64,000 nt of DNA from NCBI GenBank assembly GCA_965637545.1, contig OZ281498.1:17856001-17920000 (forward strand), read 5' to 3'. A model generated the notes under the pieces. The model was not told the DNA's origin. It was given only the letters and a program-made list of their open reading frames with translations, and made no database searches. Position 1 is the stretch's first letter. Every line of letters begins with the position of its first letter. The position numbers and the translations under genes were made by a program. This document shows, one piece after another, positions 11,876-24,555 of the stretch. Source of the stretch: Phallusia mammillata. Lineage: Eukaryota.

Positions 11876-14732
11876 TGAGCTTGAACTTGATTTTTACGGC
11901 CTACCTGTGCAGGTGAAATTTGCCAAAGTCGTATGTAGCGCTTTGACACATTAACACCATTTAAGGTTTTGCGTTTGAACGTTTTCTTGAGTGTGTAGTT
12001 TTAGTCTAAGATTATGGTTGAATCATTATGTCTGTGCCGCTGGCATGGAAAAACCTTGTGGTTCTGAACGATTATGACATCATCATTGAGGTAATCACAT
12101 TTTTTGCATTGGTGTGTGATAAGTAGAAAACAGTGACACAACAGCACTCAAATAGGCAACAAACTGACAATAACTATGGCCCAAAATACTTGTATGAAAC
12201 ATGGAACCGTATAAATAAAAGTTAAAAGCGCAGAAAAATATAGTTCTGACTCTTTTTCAACATAAAGATGAAGACATTCAAACTGGGATCAGCCCTGAAG
12301 CGTTTATGCAGGCCAGCGATCACGACATACTCTTTGATAAGGGCCAGGCCTATATAAAGGGTGTTATTCCGAATCAATCCCGTCTCAAACATTCCCACAT
12401 GGCAAGGCACAGGCTAGATATTTCCGGCTTGATTTGGTATACGCCTTTCTTGTGCATGGCGTATTATGACCACTTTAAACACAATTGAATTTTGATTGCG
12501 CTTTGTAGTTTTTACTTTTTGCTGCACACATTTTTAAAACCTTGAGCATTAATGTTTTTCTTTGTGGTAGGCGCTGGTTAAACAGAAAGAAGAGTTCCAT
12601 GAAAGACCTTACATACGTGCATTTCGCAAGTTTGCTGACAACGGAATTGTTATTATGATCACAGGAGGTTCTGTATGGCGTGCTCATCGCCGGTTTGGCA
12701 TGTCAGCTATACGAAGGTACAAACATAGCAAAGCCATAGCTACATGAGAATAGCATTACCAGAACAGACAAGCGTACCAATAAAAACTTGTTAGAAGCTA
12801 CACGATCATGTGCGCTTGGTTCAAACTTGATTTGAAGGTTCAACTTGCCCGAAATATAACAATTTTCATACGAAACTTTACATACCTGTAAAAGATTATG
12901 CATTTCGTATTAAAATACTTCCATACTTGCTATTGGTCACATAAACATTATGCCAAAAACTACTAATTAGGAATTTGAAAGAGTATAATAAATCTGTCGC
13001 CCACAGCACTAATGATAGGACAAACCTTTGCAGATTTGGTGGCAATAAAGGTGCGATGGAGCGTAAAGTTACTGACGAAGCAATGTATCTTTTGCAGCAA
13101 CTAAAATAATTTGAAGGAAAACCTTTCAATATATACAGGTTAAAGACATAAACAACCGTTAAGTTATGAATTTGCTTTTACCAATGGTGTTTAAGTGCTA
13201 TTGCAATTTTTCTACGGTTCGCAATAGTTTTGTTGACATTTGAAAAAGTAAAATTTAAGATAAGTTAAAAAACTTCAAAAACACTAAAAGGAAAAGATTT
13301 CACCAGCAAAAGATTGATTTCGAAATAGACATAAATAAAATAACTTTGTACAGAATCTTTTGACAAACGCTATAGGAAACTTAATCTGCAACATGATGTT
13401 CGGCAGAAGATACGATTACCATGATGAAAAGTTACAAGTTCTGATGACCAATCTTCTGGCATTGTATGTTCGAAACTCTTTGTCCGTGTTGCATGAGAAT
13501 GTACTTTGTCATTTAGCAAAAAATACTTTGACCATAAGCTATACTTTCGTGCAGCAAATACTTACAAAAGAATTTATACTTTTCAGTTTTAAAAACATGA
13601 GTGACTGGAAATTCTCATGTTTCTTCCATTTTTTGAAGACATACCACCCTTCTCAAATCATGTCAAGAAAACTTTTACGATGGTTCTGAAAGTACGAGGT
13701 ATATATTTTAATGTTCAGATTTTAGAGCAACTTTTGTTACTGAGGTTTTTTTTTTTAAACACAGTAATTATTGATGATGTTATCAACGAACACAAATCCA
13801 CTTTTGATCCCAATGACATTCGCGATATGATGGACGGATATTTGGAGACCTTCCTTCATACAGACAACAATTTTGTTTTCTCAGTGAGTTAAAATTGTTT
13901 ATTATTTATTACCGACTTTGTAATCAAAATTTTTTTTCAAGCACTGCGAAGACTTCTTCTTTGATTTATTTGTGGCGGGAACTGATACCACTACCACCAC
14001 TCTAAAATGGGCTTTTTTGTGTCTCATGCTTCATGAGGAAGTCCAGGAGAAAATGCAAATGGAAATCGACGACATAATCGGTAAAGCTATAAATTAGTAT
14101 TTGTGAAGTACTCTTTTTGTTTCTCAAAACGAATAATTCAATACCTGCATTAAGTTATACATTATCAACTTAAAATTATTTATAGTAAGCCAAAGATGTG
14201 TGGTAAGTGTTTGGACTTTCAAAAAAACCAACACACTCCTACGCACAACTTCACACACAGCTAAAAAAAATTGAGAATATATTCTCAATTCTCGGTTATA
14301 GCCGACCAACCACCGCACATAATTACAACTAATTACAATGTGTTTGTCCTCTGCAGGAAGGGATAGAACACCTAGCTTGTCTCACCGTGAGAAGATGCCT
14401 TACTCGTGTGCAGTGCTGCATGAGGTGGTGAGATTTAGGACTCTTTTACCAGCGCCACGCTGTGCTGTCAAGGACATAGTAGTTCGTGGTTATCATATAC
14501 CCAAAGGCACTCAGGTAAATATCAAAAGTACTGGCGAATTTAATGTCGCTATTCAAGCCATAACTTATTACTTAGTCAAGTACAAATCAATGTGATTTCA
14601 TAATCTAAATTCAAATCTGCCCTTTGAGGCTGCTGAATACTATTGACAACATTTTTGAAATCTAAAGAAAAGTCACAAAGTGCTTTTTAAACAGATTATT
14701 ACCAACCTTTGGCAAGTTCACAACGACGAAAC

Positions 14733-14852
14733 TTTTTTTTTTTCACGGGGTTCGAACCCAGGACACTCCCGGGGACGAATCCCGATCAAGTTTTTTTTAT
14801 GTCTGTATGTGGGTCAGGCGCGCCAGACCATTCGGCCAAGTTCCTGCCCCTC
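14733..14852 (-). mobile_element. Short tRNA-derived SINE (Leu/Ser-tRNA-like head plus A11 tail) inserted antisense in CYP-2 exon 9
   Basis: Minus strand reads GGCAGGAACTTGGCCGAATGGTCT (A box TGGCCGAATGG)...GGGTTCGAACCC (B box) followed by 11 A. The flanking target sequence AACGACGA is duplicated. Absent from all paralogous exon 9 copies. Confidence 0.8.
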
Positions 14853-14855
14853 AAC

Positions 14856-14879
14856 GACGACGACGACGACGACGACGAC
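14856..14879 (+). repeat. (GAC)8 microsatellite in the right-hand SINE target duplication
   Basis: Eight perfect GAC units replace the paralogous GACGAAACCTAC. Confidence 0.95.
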
Positions 14880-16203
14880 TGGAAAAATCCAAACCAATTT
14901 GATCCACAGCGACATCTAGATGAAAACGGAAACTTTACCAATTCCAAACACGTGATTGCATTTGGCGCCGGGGCAAGAGTTTGCATGGGCGAGCAGATGG
15001 CGAAGACACAGCTGTGGATCTTCCTTATTACTATTATTCAGCGGTTTAGGATATCTGTCGACCCCAATGATCCGGATCCGCCTTCTCTCGATGATGGAAG
15101 CAACGCTTTTGTTTATATGGCACCAGTATATAATATGATCATTCATTCGCGATAAAGTATAATGGTTTATATGAGTTTGAACACGAGTTGGTGAAGAAGA
15201 AGTACACTGCTATTTGTTTCTTAAGTACGATATAAATGTTTGAAACTCGAATGTGGATAACACGATTTTGTTTTATTGAGATTTTATCCCAGATATTAGT
15301 TTGACAACTACACCTCATAATTAAGCACGGGTGTTTTGTACATTTCTTTATTGCGTGTTGAAACTATAATTTTTGTAGCGTGTGTTTTAATGCAATTAAC
15401 ACAAATAACAAAATATAAAGTGGTTTATTTACAAGAAGAATCACAGTACGCCAGGCCCATTGAAGGCGCTATACCGAATCAGCCGGTCACCAAGCATTCA
15501 CCACCATATGGCAAGGCGTAGGCTTTACAAGAAGAATGGATTTTAAATTGGTCAACTGCCGTCGTTCATCTTCGATAACATTTCAATGGCACGTAAATGA
15601 AACAAAAATACATGCAATTTTTATGTAAGACCCGTTAACGGTTTCAATTACGTAGCTACTGCCTTTTTTATTTTTGAAATGTAGGTCAGCTAATAACGAT
15701 TGGATCCTATATACACAGTGGTTTTTCGTCCGTTTTTTTTGGACCAAAAATGTTTAGGGTCACTAAACGAATATCTCATTAGAAATGTTATTTAAACCAG
15801 TTCGCCTGTCTTACTTGGTTTAGTGACTGTATTAGCGCTTACCCCCTATCTCCACCGTACCCGTTAATCGTTAGATTTGAAGCGAACGTCGAATCCACAG
15901 TTTGAAATCAAATGGTCGATTTTCGAAAAATATAAACGGTTGCCAATAAAATCGCAAAGTTCTAGTTTTTGCTTACAATAAACAACAAACACAATATTTT
16001 GTTGTTGTGTATTACTTCTGTAAATCAACGCGCTGCTAAAATCCACAAATTGGAAAATTTCAGAACAAAAGATGACATTTTTTTTCATGTTAAGGCATAA
16101 AATCAGCAAAAATTTTTCTCGTTCAAATTTTCACAAGTGAATTTTAACGCGTTGTACATCATCTCCAGCAGCTTGCATTCAAACGCATTGAGGTCCCAAA
16201 CCT

Positions 16204-19200
16204 TTATCGTGATTGTATGATCATATTATAAGCCGGTGGGACATAAAGAAGAGCGTTGGTACCATCATCGAGAGAAGGCGGATCCGGATCATTGGGGTCT
16301 ACAGATATCCTAAACCGCTGAATAATGGTAATGAGGAAGATCCACAGCTGTGTCTTCGCCAACTGCTCGCCCATGCAAACTCTTGCACCGGCGCCAAATG
16401 CAATCACGTATTTGGAATTGGTAAAGTTTCCGTTGTCATCTAGGTGGCGCTCTGGTTCAAATTTGTTCGGGGTTTTCCAGTTAGTTTCGTCGTTGTGAAC
16501 TTGCCAGGTGTTGGTGAAAACCTGTAGTTTGTATTTATTGTATAGAATTGTGTAACGCAGACAAAAGTAAGTTATTTGTACAGGTTTCCTTGTCACACGT
16601 TCAGTTGCGTAAAGTGCGTAAAGTTATGTTATAATGCAATTACAGTACAGGCACAAATTTAGCCAATTTGTCCTTAAGCGTTTTACAGGTTTTGTGTAAA
16701 TTTGAGTAAGTGACTCGAGTCAATTCAAATTCAACGAGGCTTAAATTAACATCCAACGTACCTTGCTTAATTGATTTATTGTCATATTCTATGCTGCAAT
16801 GTTATTTTGACTTGGACTCGGATTCAAATTAGTACGCCCAATGAATTTGGGTTCGGCTTTCATAGCATCCACTTAAAAGTTCATTTACCTGCGTTCCGTT
16901 ACGTATACAATAGCCACGTACTGCCACGTCCTTGGCAGCACAGCGTGGCACTGAAAGTGGGCTAAGTGTCCTGAATCTCATAACTTCATGCAGCACTGCA
17001 CATGAGTAAGGCATCTTTTCTCGATGAGATAAGCTCGGTGTTCCTTCTTTTTCTACGGGGACAACCAACAACTTTTAAGGACGACAACAGTGATGTCGCT
17101 CTTTAAAATTTTGTTAGTCATTGGCTGAATGTTAGTTCCTAATCTTAATGTGTAAAAGTATGTGGGACCTAAATTTAGTTTTTGCAAGACTTGAGTCCAA
17201 GCACGAGAGAACTTTTTAAAACGCTAACCAACGAATTTATCAATCTTATTGTTCAGTTGGTGAAGCAAAAATGCTTGACAAGAAGTTAAGAGTACGCATT
17301 CCACCACAGTGGTAATTTTACAGACCAAGTCTAACTGTAAGGAAATGCTTAATTTAAAATTGTTTTTTGATGATTTAAAGTAACATGTTTTGCAGAACAA
17401 CGCCAATACGCCACAAAAGAACTAGGTTTAATAAAATATTTACCGATGACTTGGTCGATTTCTTCTTGCATTTTTTCCTGGACGTCCGAATGAAGCAACA
17501 GACATAAAAGAGCCCATCTCAAAGTACATGAAGTGGTATCTGTACCCACAAACAAGTCAAAGCAGAAGTCTTGGCAGTTCTTAAAAAGATGTTGGTTATA
17601 AGCCAGTTATCTAACACCATTAAAACTTACCGCAAAAACAAAGTTGTCTTCCGTGTGAAAAAAGTTTTCCAAATATCCATCTAATACATCACAAATGTTG
17701 TTGGGGTTATAATTAGATTTGTGTTCATTGATGAAATCTCCAATCACGGCTGCGCTGAGAAAACAGAAATTAGGCTACCTATTGCAAAAATATTGAAACA
17801 CAATTACCTCGTATTGGGTTTATCAACGCCATACTGTTTTGAACGTGATTTGAGAAGGGTGGAACGTCGCATAGAAAGGGAACAAAAATAAGAAGGTTCG
17901 TCTTCCAGTCACTTAAGTTTTTGAAACTAAACTCAACAGTTAGGTTTTGCATGTTTTTAGGTCGCACATAGGCTTGGCCAGCAATTCCAAACTGTAAGCT
18001 ATGGCCCTTTAGTTTAGGATAAACGCATTTTCAGGGGGCACTGAGCTATTTGCGTTCGTAGTAAGTTTATTGTAGAATAAATGTGACATACGGTACATAT
18101 AAAAACCAATAAATTAAAATATGTGAAAAAATAAGTTGTCATAAGTAATCTTACAATCAAGTGCGAAAACTACTGGTTTAAGCGTTCCTTTCTGTAAGCG
18201 TTTCGTTTAAACTATTGTAAATGCGCCCGCACGTAATCCAACGGCCTTTCGTGTTATCTGAAAATCTTTAAAAGAATCATACCTAAAAAACCTTAATTTT
18301 TGTTTTAAACTAAAGAATGTTTTTAATTTTCACAAAACAACATAAAATCGACATTAAAACAAAATAAAAAAACATGGTTTGAACTCACAATGCCATAAGA
18401 TTGTTTATCAGCATTTGAAACTTGTCATCATTATAATCGTATCTTCTACCAAACGTTATGCTCCATATCACGTTTCCAACAGCGCTTGTTAGAATATTCT
18501 GCACCAAATTAAATAAATAGATTTAATTCAAAGACCGTAGATCAAGCCACTGAGCAAGACCCGGTTGGGCCTCACTTCATGCGTTCAAATCTCACCAAAC
18601 GAATGTATTTTGCTTAATTTTGGAGTCGTGATACATGTAAATTAGTGGTTCTCAACCTTATATGGATCGTATACCACCTTAACCCATTTTAATGGGCATA
18701 GACCAAGAAATAGGTATATTATTTCGACCAGGCTAACAAATTTCTGAAACTAACAAGGTTAGCAATTTCAGATGTACGTCCAAGACATCAACTTTGCCCC
18801 AAACCATGGCTGATCAGTTGGGTCAGTTAAATCGCATTTCATGATCTGACTTAAATTAGTTATAGCAGAAAGCTACTCGCGTACCACCTAAAAAGCTCTG
18901 GCGTACCCATTGGTATGGGTACTACAGGTTGATAGTGATATAAATAATTGAAAAACAGTCAATTCCTGTTTTGAGACGTGTACTAAAACCTGTATTTTAA
19001 AAGCTTTTCCCTCAAATTCTTTCAATTGCTGCAAAAGATACATTGCTTCGTCGTTGACTTTACGTTCCATTGCACCTTTATTGCCACCGAATCTGCAAAA
19101 GATTTTCTGCCATCAGTCTAGGCGGAATTATATGCCCTTCAAAACTTAATCAAAAGGGAGACACGATTTGTCCTATATTGTGTACATTTAGGACAAGTTT

Positions 19201-19968
19201 CATTATTACACCAGCCGAAAGTGATAAAATGCAAGCGTGTCATGATGTTTGTTGCTATACAGTTTATACCTTCTTATAGCTGATATACCGAATCGTCGAT
19301 GAGCACGCCATACAGGACCACCAGTGATCATCCCGATCCCGTTTGGTATAAACGTATTAAGTAGTCGTATGTAAGGTCGATCTGAAAAATCCTCACTTCG
19401 ATTAACCAACGTCTGTCGAAAACACAAGCTCTTTCTTAGCAATTTTATATCGTGGAAACTGAATACGGCAATATTTACAATACATGAATAAAAATCATTA
19501 CATGAATAACATTCAATAAGATATGACATAAATAAGATATTTGATTTTTTTATTTTTTCTCCACGACATTAAAAAATGTTGCTGTTATTCGCTAATAAAA
19601 AAGTTCAACTAAATCAATTTATATTCTAGGGTCTTTCAAAAAACTTTACATCTGGGATGACTCCAATATCCAAAAAATGTGTTTTGGAAACATAACAAAG
19701 GTCAAGAAAAATCTTTCGCCAGTAAACATACCTCCATGACAGTTTGATAATCGTTGAGAACCACAATGTTTTTCCATCCCATAGGCACAGACATGATGGG
19801 GCCATATTTCTTACTCCAAACGCCGAAGTCTCTTTCTGGGAAACTGCTAAGATAAGGAAGAATTCCTAGTAGGGGAAGCCCTCTTGGGCCTGGGGGAGAT
19901 TTTTCGGGTTTTTGATACCACCAGTAGAAAAATACAACTACCAGAAAAGTAGAAACTACCACTAACAT
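16204..19968 (-). CDS. CYP-3: cytochrome P450, open 9-exon gene, 482 aa, with a one-codon deletion in the I-helix
   Basis: Exons 19968-19732, 19412-19270, 19092-18990, 18498-18389, 17926-17808, 17749-17631, 17579-17444 (136 nt rather than 139), 17052-16889, 16521-16204; all GT-AG, no stops. [26 protein letters not shown]. Confidence 0.88.
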
Positions 19969-22129
19969 GTTAAGGATTCTTGATTCTGTTTAACCACTAG
20001 CAAAAACATGAGTATAAGAAAAAAATAATCAAATAAGTTAATAAAATTGTCACTGCATATTTTTAATTCAAGAGATATTTTCACCATCTGTCAGAGTACA
20101 ATTTGACTAAGTTTTAATCACACAACTGTTGTTAAATATGTTTTAACTTGTAACGTCAGTTTAGACTCTGTAAAGATATTCTAGCGTTAGGCTGTCTAGA
20201 AACTTTACACTTATGTCAACTTCACTTCTTTATGCTGCTTGTTTGATATTACGCCAAAAAGCGCACAGAACAAACAGTCTTAATAGAGAACTACAGTCTT
20301 AATAGAGAACTACACACAACTCAATTTTTGGATCAGTAAAGTTATGCAACTGCGACGGTTCGCTGTTTTAAAATTGAATAGGAGGCTAAAAACTTTTTTG
20401 CGCTTCATTAGTAAAGCATAAAGTTCATTGCCACTGGGCGGTACTTTTTGCTGAACTGTCGCTTACTCAGCAGTTTAGGATATTTGTATACCCCAACGAC
20501 CCGGTTCTTATAACTTATGTAAAGATACAAGGAAAAACTACAGTATGAAAGCAATTTTTTTTATATATTAGTATATCTTTAAAATAGGTCAATCAGTAAA
20601 CGGGACAAAACGGTTATAAACATGTTCCTTAAAGCATGGTTGCTGTTTGGCGTTCTTGTTTGTGTTAGCAAACAATATCGAGTGTGAGCAACTGAGTTTT
20701 TGCTCACAAGTTAATGGCGAAATCGAAACCTCCAATATAGGGTAAGCATGTCTAACTAATTCATATCCTGCATGTAGTATAGCGCGTTTTCTTAAAGTCA
20801 AAAATATAAAGGTAGCATACTTTCATTGGTGATGCACTCCGCAACTGCTTTACCACTCGTACTTGAGTATTAATTTTCTGTGTGCATAAACTTGCATACC
20901 AGATTTTCGGAAACGGTCATTTTTACAACAGTAACAAGGTTCAGCAAACGGCAATGAGTTTCATGCTTCACTAATGAAGCGCTAATAACCTTATTGCACG
21001 AGACATGGGCTTGCGTTCGATTTCAACATTTGTCAAGGGCAGCGAAAACAGCTGCATATATAAGCCCGACCGTCTGGCTCAGAACCAAAAAGCATTTTAA
21101 TGTGAAGAGAAAGTTAAGATAATTGTAAACTTTAGGTGAGCAAAATAAATGATTGACAAAAAGTAGGAATATGTACCGAACTTGAAAAACTAAATTCAAA
21201 GTTAATCTGCAATGCAGAGTTTTTGTATTGTATTGCTTGTTTTATGATTAACAAAAGGGTCAAGTCTACTTTGAAATGTATTTTTGGTAATTTGTTTAAA
21301 ATCAACTGCTAAAATTTTGCTTCACGAGTGTTTAAACATGTAATAGTTTAGAGTAAATAAAGGCCAAAATGATAAACTTATTTTTGGGATTCTTTACTCT
21401 CTAATTTGGTGGCTCTAATTTTATATTAGTGGTATCCAAAATCAAAAATGCCCCACCAGGCCCCAAGGGGCTTCCTCTGCTTGGAATCCTTCCCTATCTT
21501 AGCACGTTTCCAGCAAGAGATTTTGGGGTTTGGAGTAAGAAATATGGCCCAATCATATATGTACCCATGGGATGGCAAAACTGCGTGGTTCTCAACGATT
21601 ATGAAATCATTATTGGGGTATTTTTACAACTTTATAAATAGGATACGTAAACAAATTGCATAAGTTTTAGCTTGTGGAAAGAATGGCTTTAAAATGATAC
21701 TAAAATATTTGCCACACCGAAAAAATTGCTCTACGTTCATTTTATGCACATTTTATTTATGGAGGTGTTTACAACGTCTTGATTGGGTAAAGTCAGCTTT
21801 CTCTTTTTGGCAGACTTTGGTAAAAAAGAGTAAGGAATTCGCTAAACGACCTTATATAAGGCTTCTCGAAATGTTTTCGAAAAACGGAATTGTTATGATC
21901 ACTGGAGGTCCTGTATGGCGTTCACATCGACGGTTCTGCATGTCAGATATACGACGGTACAATGACAACTGCTCTATGGTGTTTTTATGGATAAAATTAC
22001 GTAAGCAGAAGTTTCCAATGTAGCGATGGTACTTAATATAAATCTTGTTGTTTCCTTGAATGGTCCAATACTGAAGTAGTTTTAAGTTAGAACCTATCGA
22101 TATATTATACAGTCTTTAAAGGACATGAC

Positions 22130-22309
22130 CAGGTTTTTTTAAGGTTTGGTTTGGGTGACCGCTAAGTAGTTTTAAGAGACCGCAAGTGTTTCATTTAAAT
22201 ACCAAAAATAGCCATATTTGCTTAAACGAATTATTTATTAGGCTACTGGCAAATTTTGGGAAACCGCTAGAGAAATTTGGGCACCTCAAAACACCTTAAA
22301 AAAACACTG
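22130..22309. mobile_element. hAT-type MITE, 180 bp, in CYP-4 intron 2
   Basis: Imperfect TIRs CAGGTTTTTTTAAGGT / ACCTTAAAAAAACACTG; 8-bp TSD GACATGAC at 22122-22129 and 22310-22317. Confidence 0.8.
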
Positions 22310-23997
22310 GACATGACAAACATAACCACCAACATCATGACTATATTTTTTTGCAGATTTGGTGGCAATAAAGGTGCGATTGAGCGAAAAGTTACCGACG
22401 AAGCAATGTATCTTGTACTGTAGCTAGAGAAATTTGAAGGAAAATCCCTTAAAATACAGGTTTAGTCTAAAATAGACTTGTAAAGGTTTTGACCGATTGT
22501 TTTTAGGTCTAACCCAGATGATTTCACACTGTTAGTCATTTATTGACAAAAGGTTTTGTTATTTTGGTAGTATTTTGCTATTTCAAATCGGTAACTGCCG
22601 TGTACCAACTGAAACTCAAATTACACAAAATCTTCATACAGATTATTTTGACAAACGCTGTGGCCAACCTGATCTGCAACATGGCGTTCGGCAGAAGATA
22701 CGATTATGATGATGAAAAGTTCCAAGGGTTGATTACCAACCTTTCGGCACTGTAAGATTAAAATATTTTTTTATTTGTTAATTCAAAATATGTACAGTCG
22801 GTTTGCTAGAAAGTGAAATTACTCGTGTTAATGTACCAGATACCAAGGCCCACTCAAACTTGTAATGGTACTCAAACAGCATAGTGTGAAACATTTCTTT
22901 ATTTCACAGTTTTAAAAATCTAAGTGACTGGAAGTCGAATCTTCTCATGTATGTCCCATTTTTGTGCGACGTACCGCCTTTCACAAATCACGTTCAAAAG
23001 AATAATGCGGTGGTAAGGCAAATACGAGTTAAAATTTGCATTTGGTTTGCAAAGTTAGTTTGCATTAAAGTTCTTCTTTGTGTGTTGTCAATGCAGCAAT
23101 GATTGGTGATCTGATAAACGAATACAAATCCACTTTTGATCCCAACGACATTCGTGATATTTTGGACGGATATTTTGAAAGCTTTATTCACAAAGACGAC
23201 AACTTTGCTTTTGAGGTAAACTTATAAACAAATAACCTCATTAACAAATTATCTTTGAAATATAAGTTACTTGTTAAGAACTGCCAAGACTTTTTCTTTG
23301 ACCTGTTTGTGGCGGGAACAGAAAGCACTAATACCACTTTAAAATGGGGCCTTTTGTGTCTAATGTTTCATCAGGACATCCAGGAAAAAATGTTTGTGGA
23401 AATTGACAACGTCGTGGGAAAAAGTTTTTAATGATCTTTATTATAGTCTACCGTTGCAAAACATGTTTCGCGAGACAGTTTTAAACAAAATAATTTTAAT
23501 TTAATAAACTGTATGTCGTTTGTGATGGACTGTTTTTAATCAACTGAATTAAGGGATTTTGCCCATGTCACCAGTTATCGTTTTGACTTTCCCGTATGTA
23601 TCGATGTTTCGAGACGAAAAAGCTAGAGATACGAATTACCTTTTAACGCTAGAGATAAAAAAAACAACTTAAACTCAACACACCCGCAGATTGACATGCG
23701 AATATACAGTTGCTTTGTACTCTTTTTGGAAAAGAAGGAACACCGAGCTTATCTCACCGCGAGAAGATGCCTTACTCATGTGCAGTGCTCCATGAAGTTC
23801 TAAGAATAGGGACGCTTGCACCACTTTCGGTACCACGTTGTACTGCAAAGGACGTGACAGTTCGTGGCTATCATATACCAAAAGGCACGCAGGTAAACTC
23901 TTATGACATGTTTCACAACCTTTAAAATGTGCACTGGAACTACTATAAAATCTTAAGTTAGGATCTTGGTCCTTGATGTCCCGAATTGGGTCTAGAG

Positions 23998-24555
23998 CAG
24001 GGGCGGGCAACATACGGCCCGCGGGCCGGATCCGGCCCGCGACGGGATTTTGAGCGGCCCGCAGACAGTTCCAGGTCTTACATGATAATGTGGCCCGCGG
24101 CCACAGTCTGCCGCAATCCCCCACTACTTGCTTACTGCGTCAAATTATAGTTGTAACGGACATTAACGCTCCCCAATAGCAAAAAACTTTCCCGCCGTTG
24201 TTGCCATTGCACCTTACGTCCATTGTTACGACATAACTGCCAACCATGTGTGTGGCCTGCTTTCACGGTTTCCTTTGTTTCCACACGTATAGCCTAGTAA
24301 GTGTTTCACCAGTATCTAAGTCTGTGGTGTATGCATTAAATTTGCTGTGGTGAATAATTTTATGTTATATCAGTTAGATTGTTTGGACTGTATTGTATTT
24401 GTGATGTTCTTGAATGTATTTGGTTTAGGTGGTCAAAAATCCGTTTTAAATCACTGGATAAATACGCGATTAATGTATCGATTCAGGAATCCGGCCCGCC
24501 AAGTACTTCATTTTCCCATATCAGGCCCGCCGACTGGAGAAGTTGCCCGCCCCTG
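23998..24555. mobile_element. hAT-Charlie-like MITE, 558 bp, in CYP-4 intron 8
   Basis: TIRs CAGGGGCGGGCAAC / GTTGCCCGCCCCTG; 8-bp TSD GTCTAGAG (23990-23997, 24556-24563) matching the NTCTAGAN Charlie target preference; GGCCCGC subterminal repeats. Confidence 0.93.

Larger units (their letters stand above)
12028..15155 (+). pseudogene. CYP-2 pseudogene
   Basis: Most of exon 1 is deleted (only MSVPLAWKNLVVLNDYDIIIE remains, 12028-12090). Exon 3 has TAA at 13107-13109 and a +2 insertion; exon 5 has a 7-nt deletion; exon 8 has a 6-nt deletion; exon 9 is interrupted by a SINE. Other exons: 12571-12716, 13354-13463, 13765-13883, 13942-14080. Confidence 0.93.

Noticed and set aside
14733-14852. 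Possible functional tRNA gene
   Set aside because: The 3' acceptor strand is replaced by poly(A), the anticodon loop is abnormal, and it sits inside a CYP exon with a target duplication, so it is a retroposed element.
14709-15155. 148-aa ORF with poly-Asp fused to the P450 heme domain
   Set aside because: Chance read-through from the antisense SINE and (GAC)8 into exon 9; out of frame with the upstream part of the exon.
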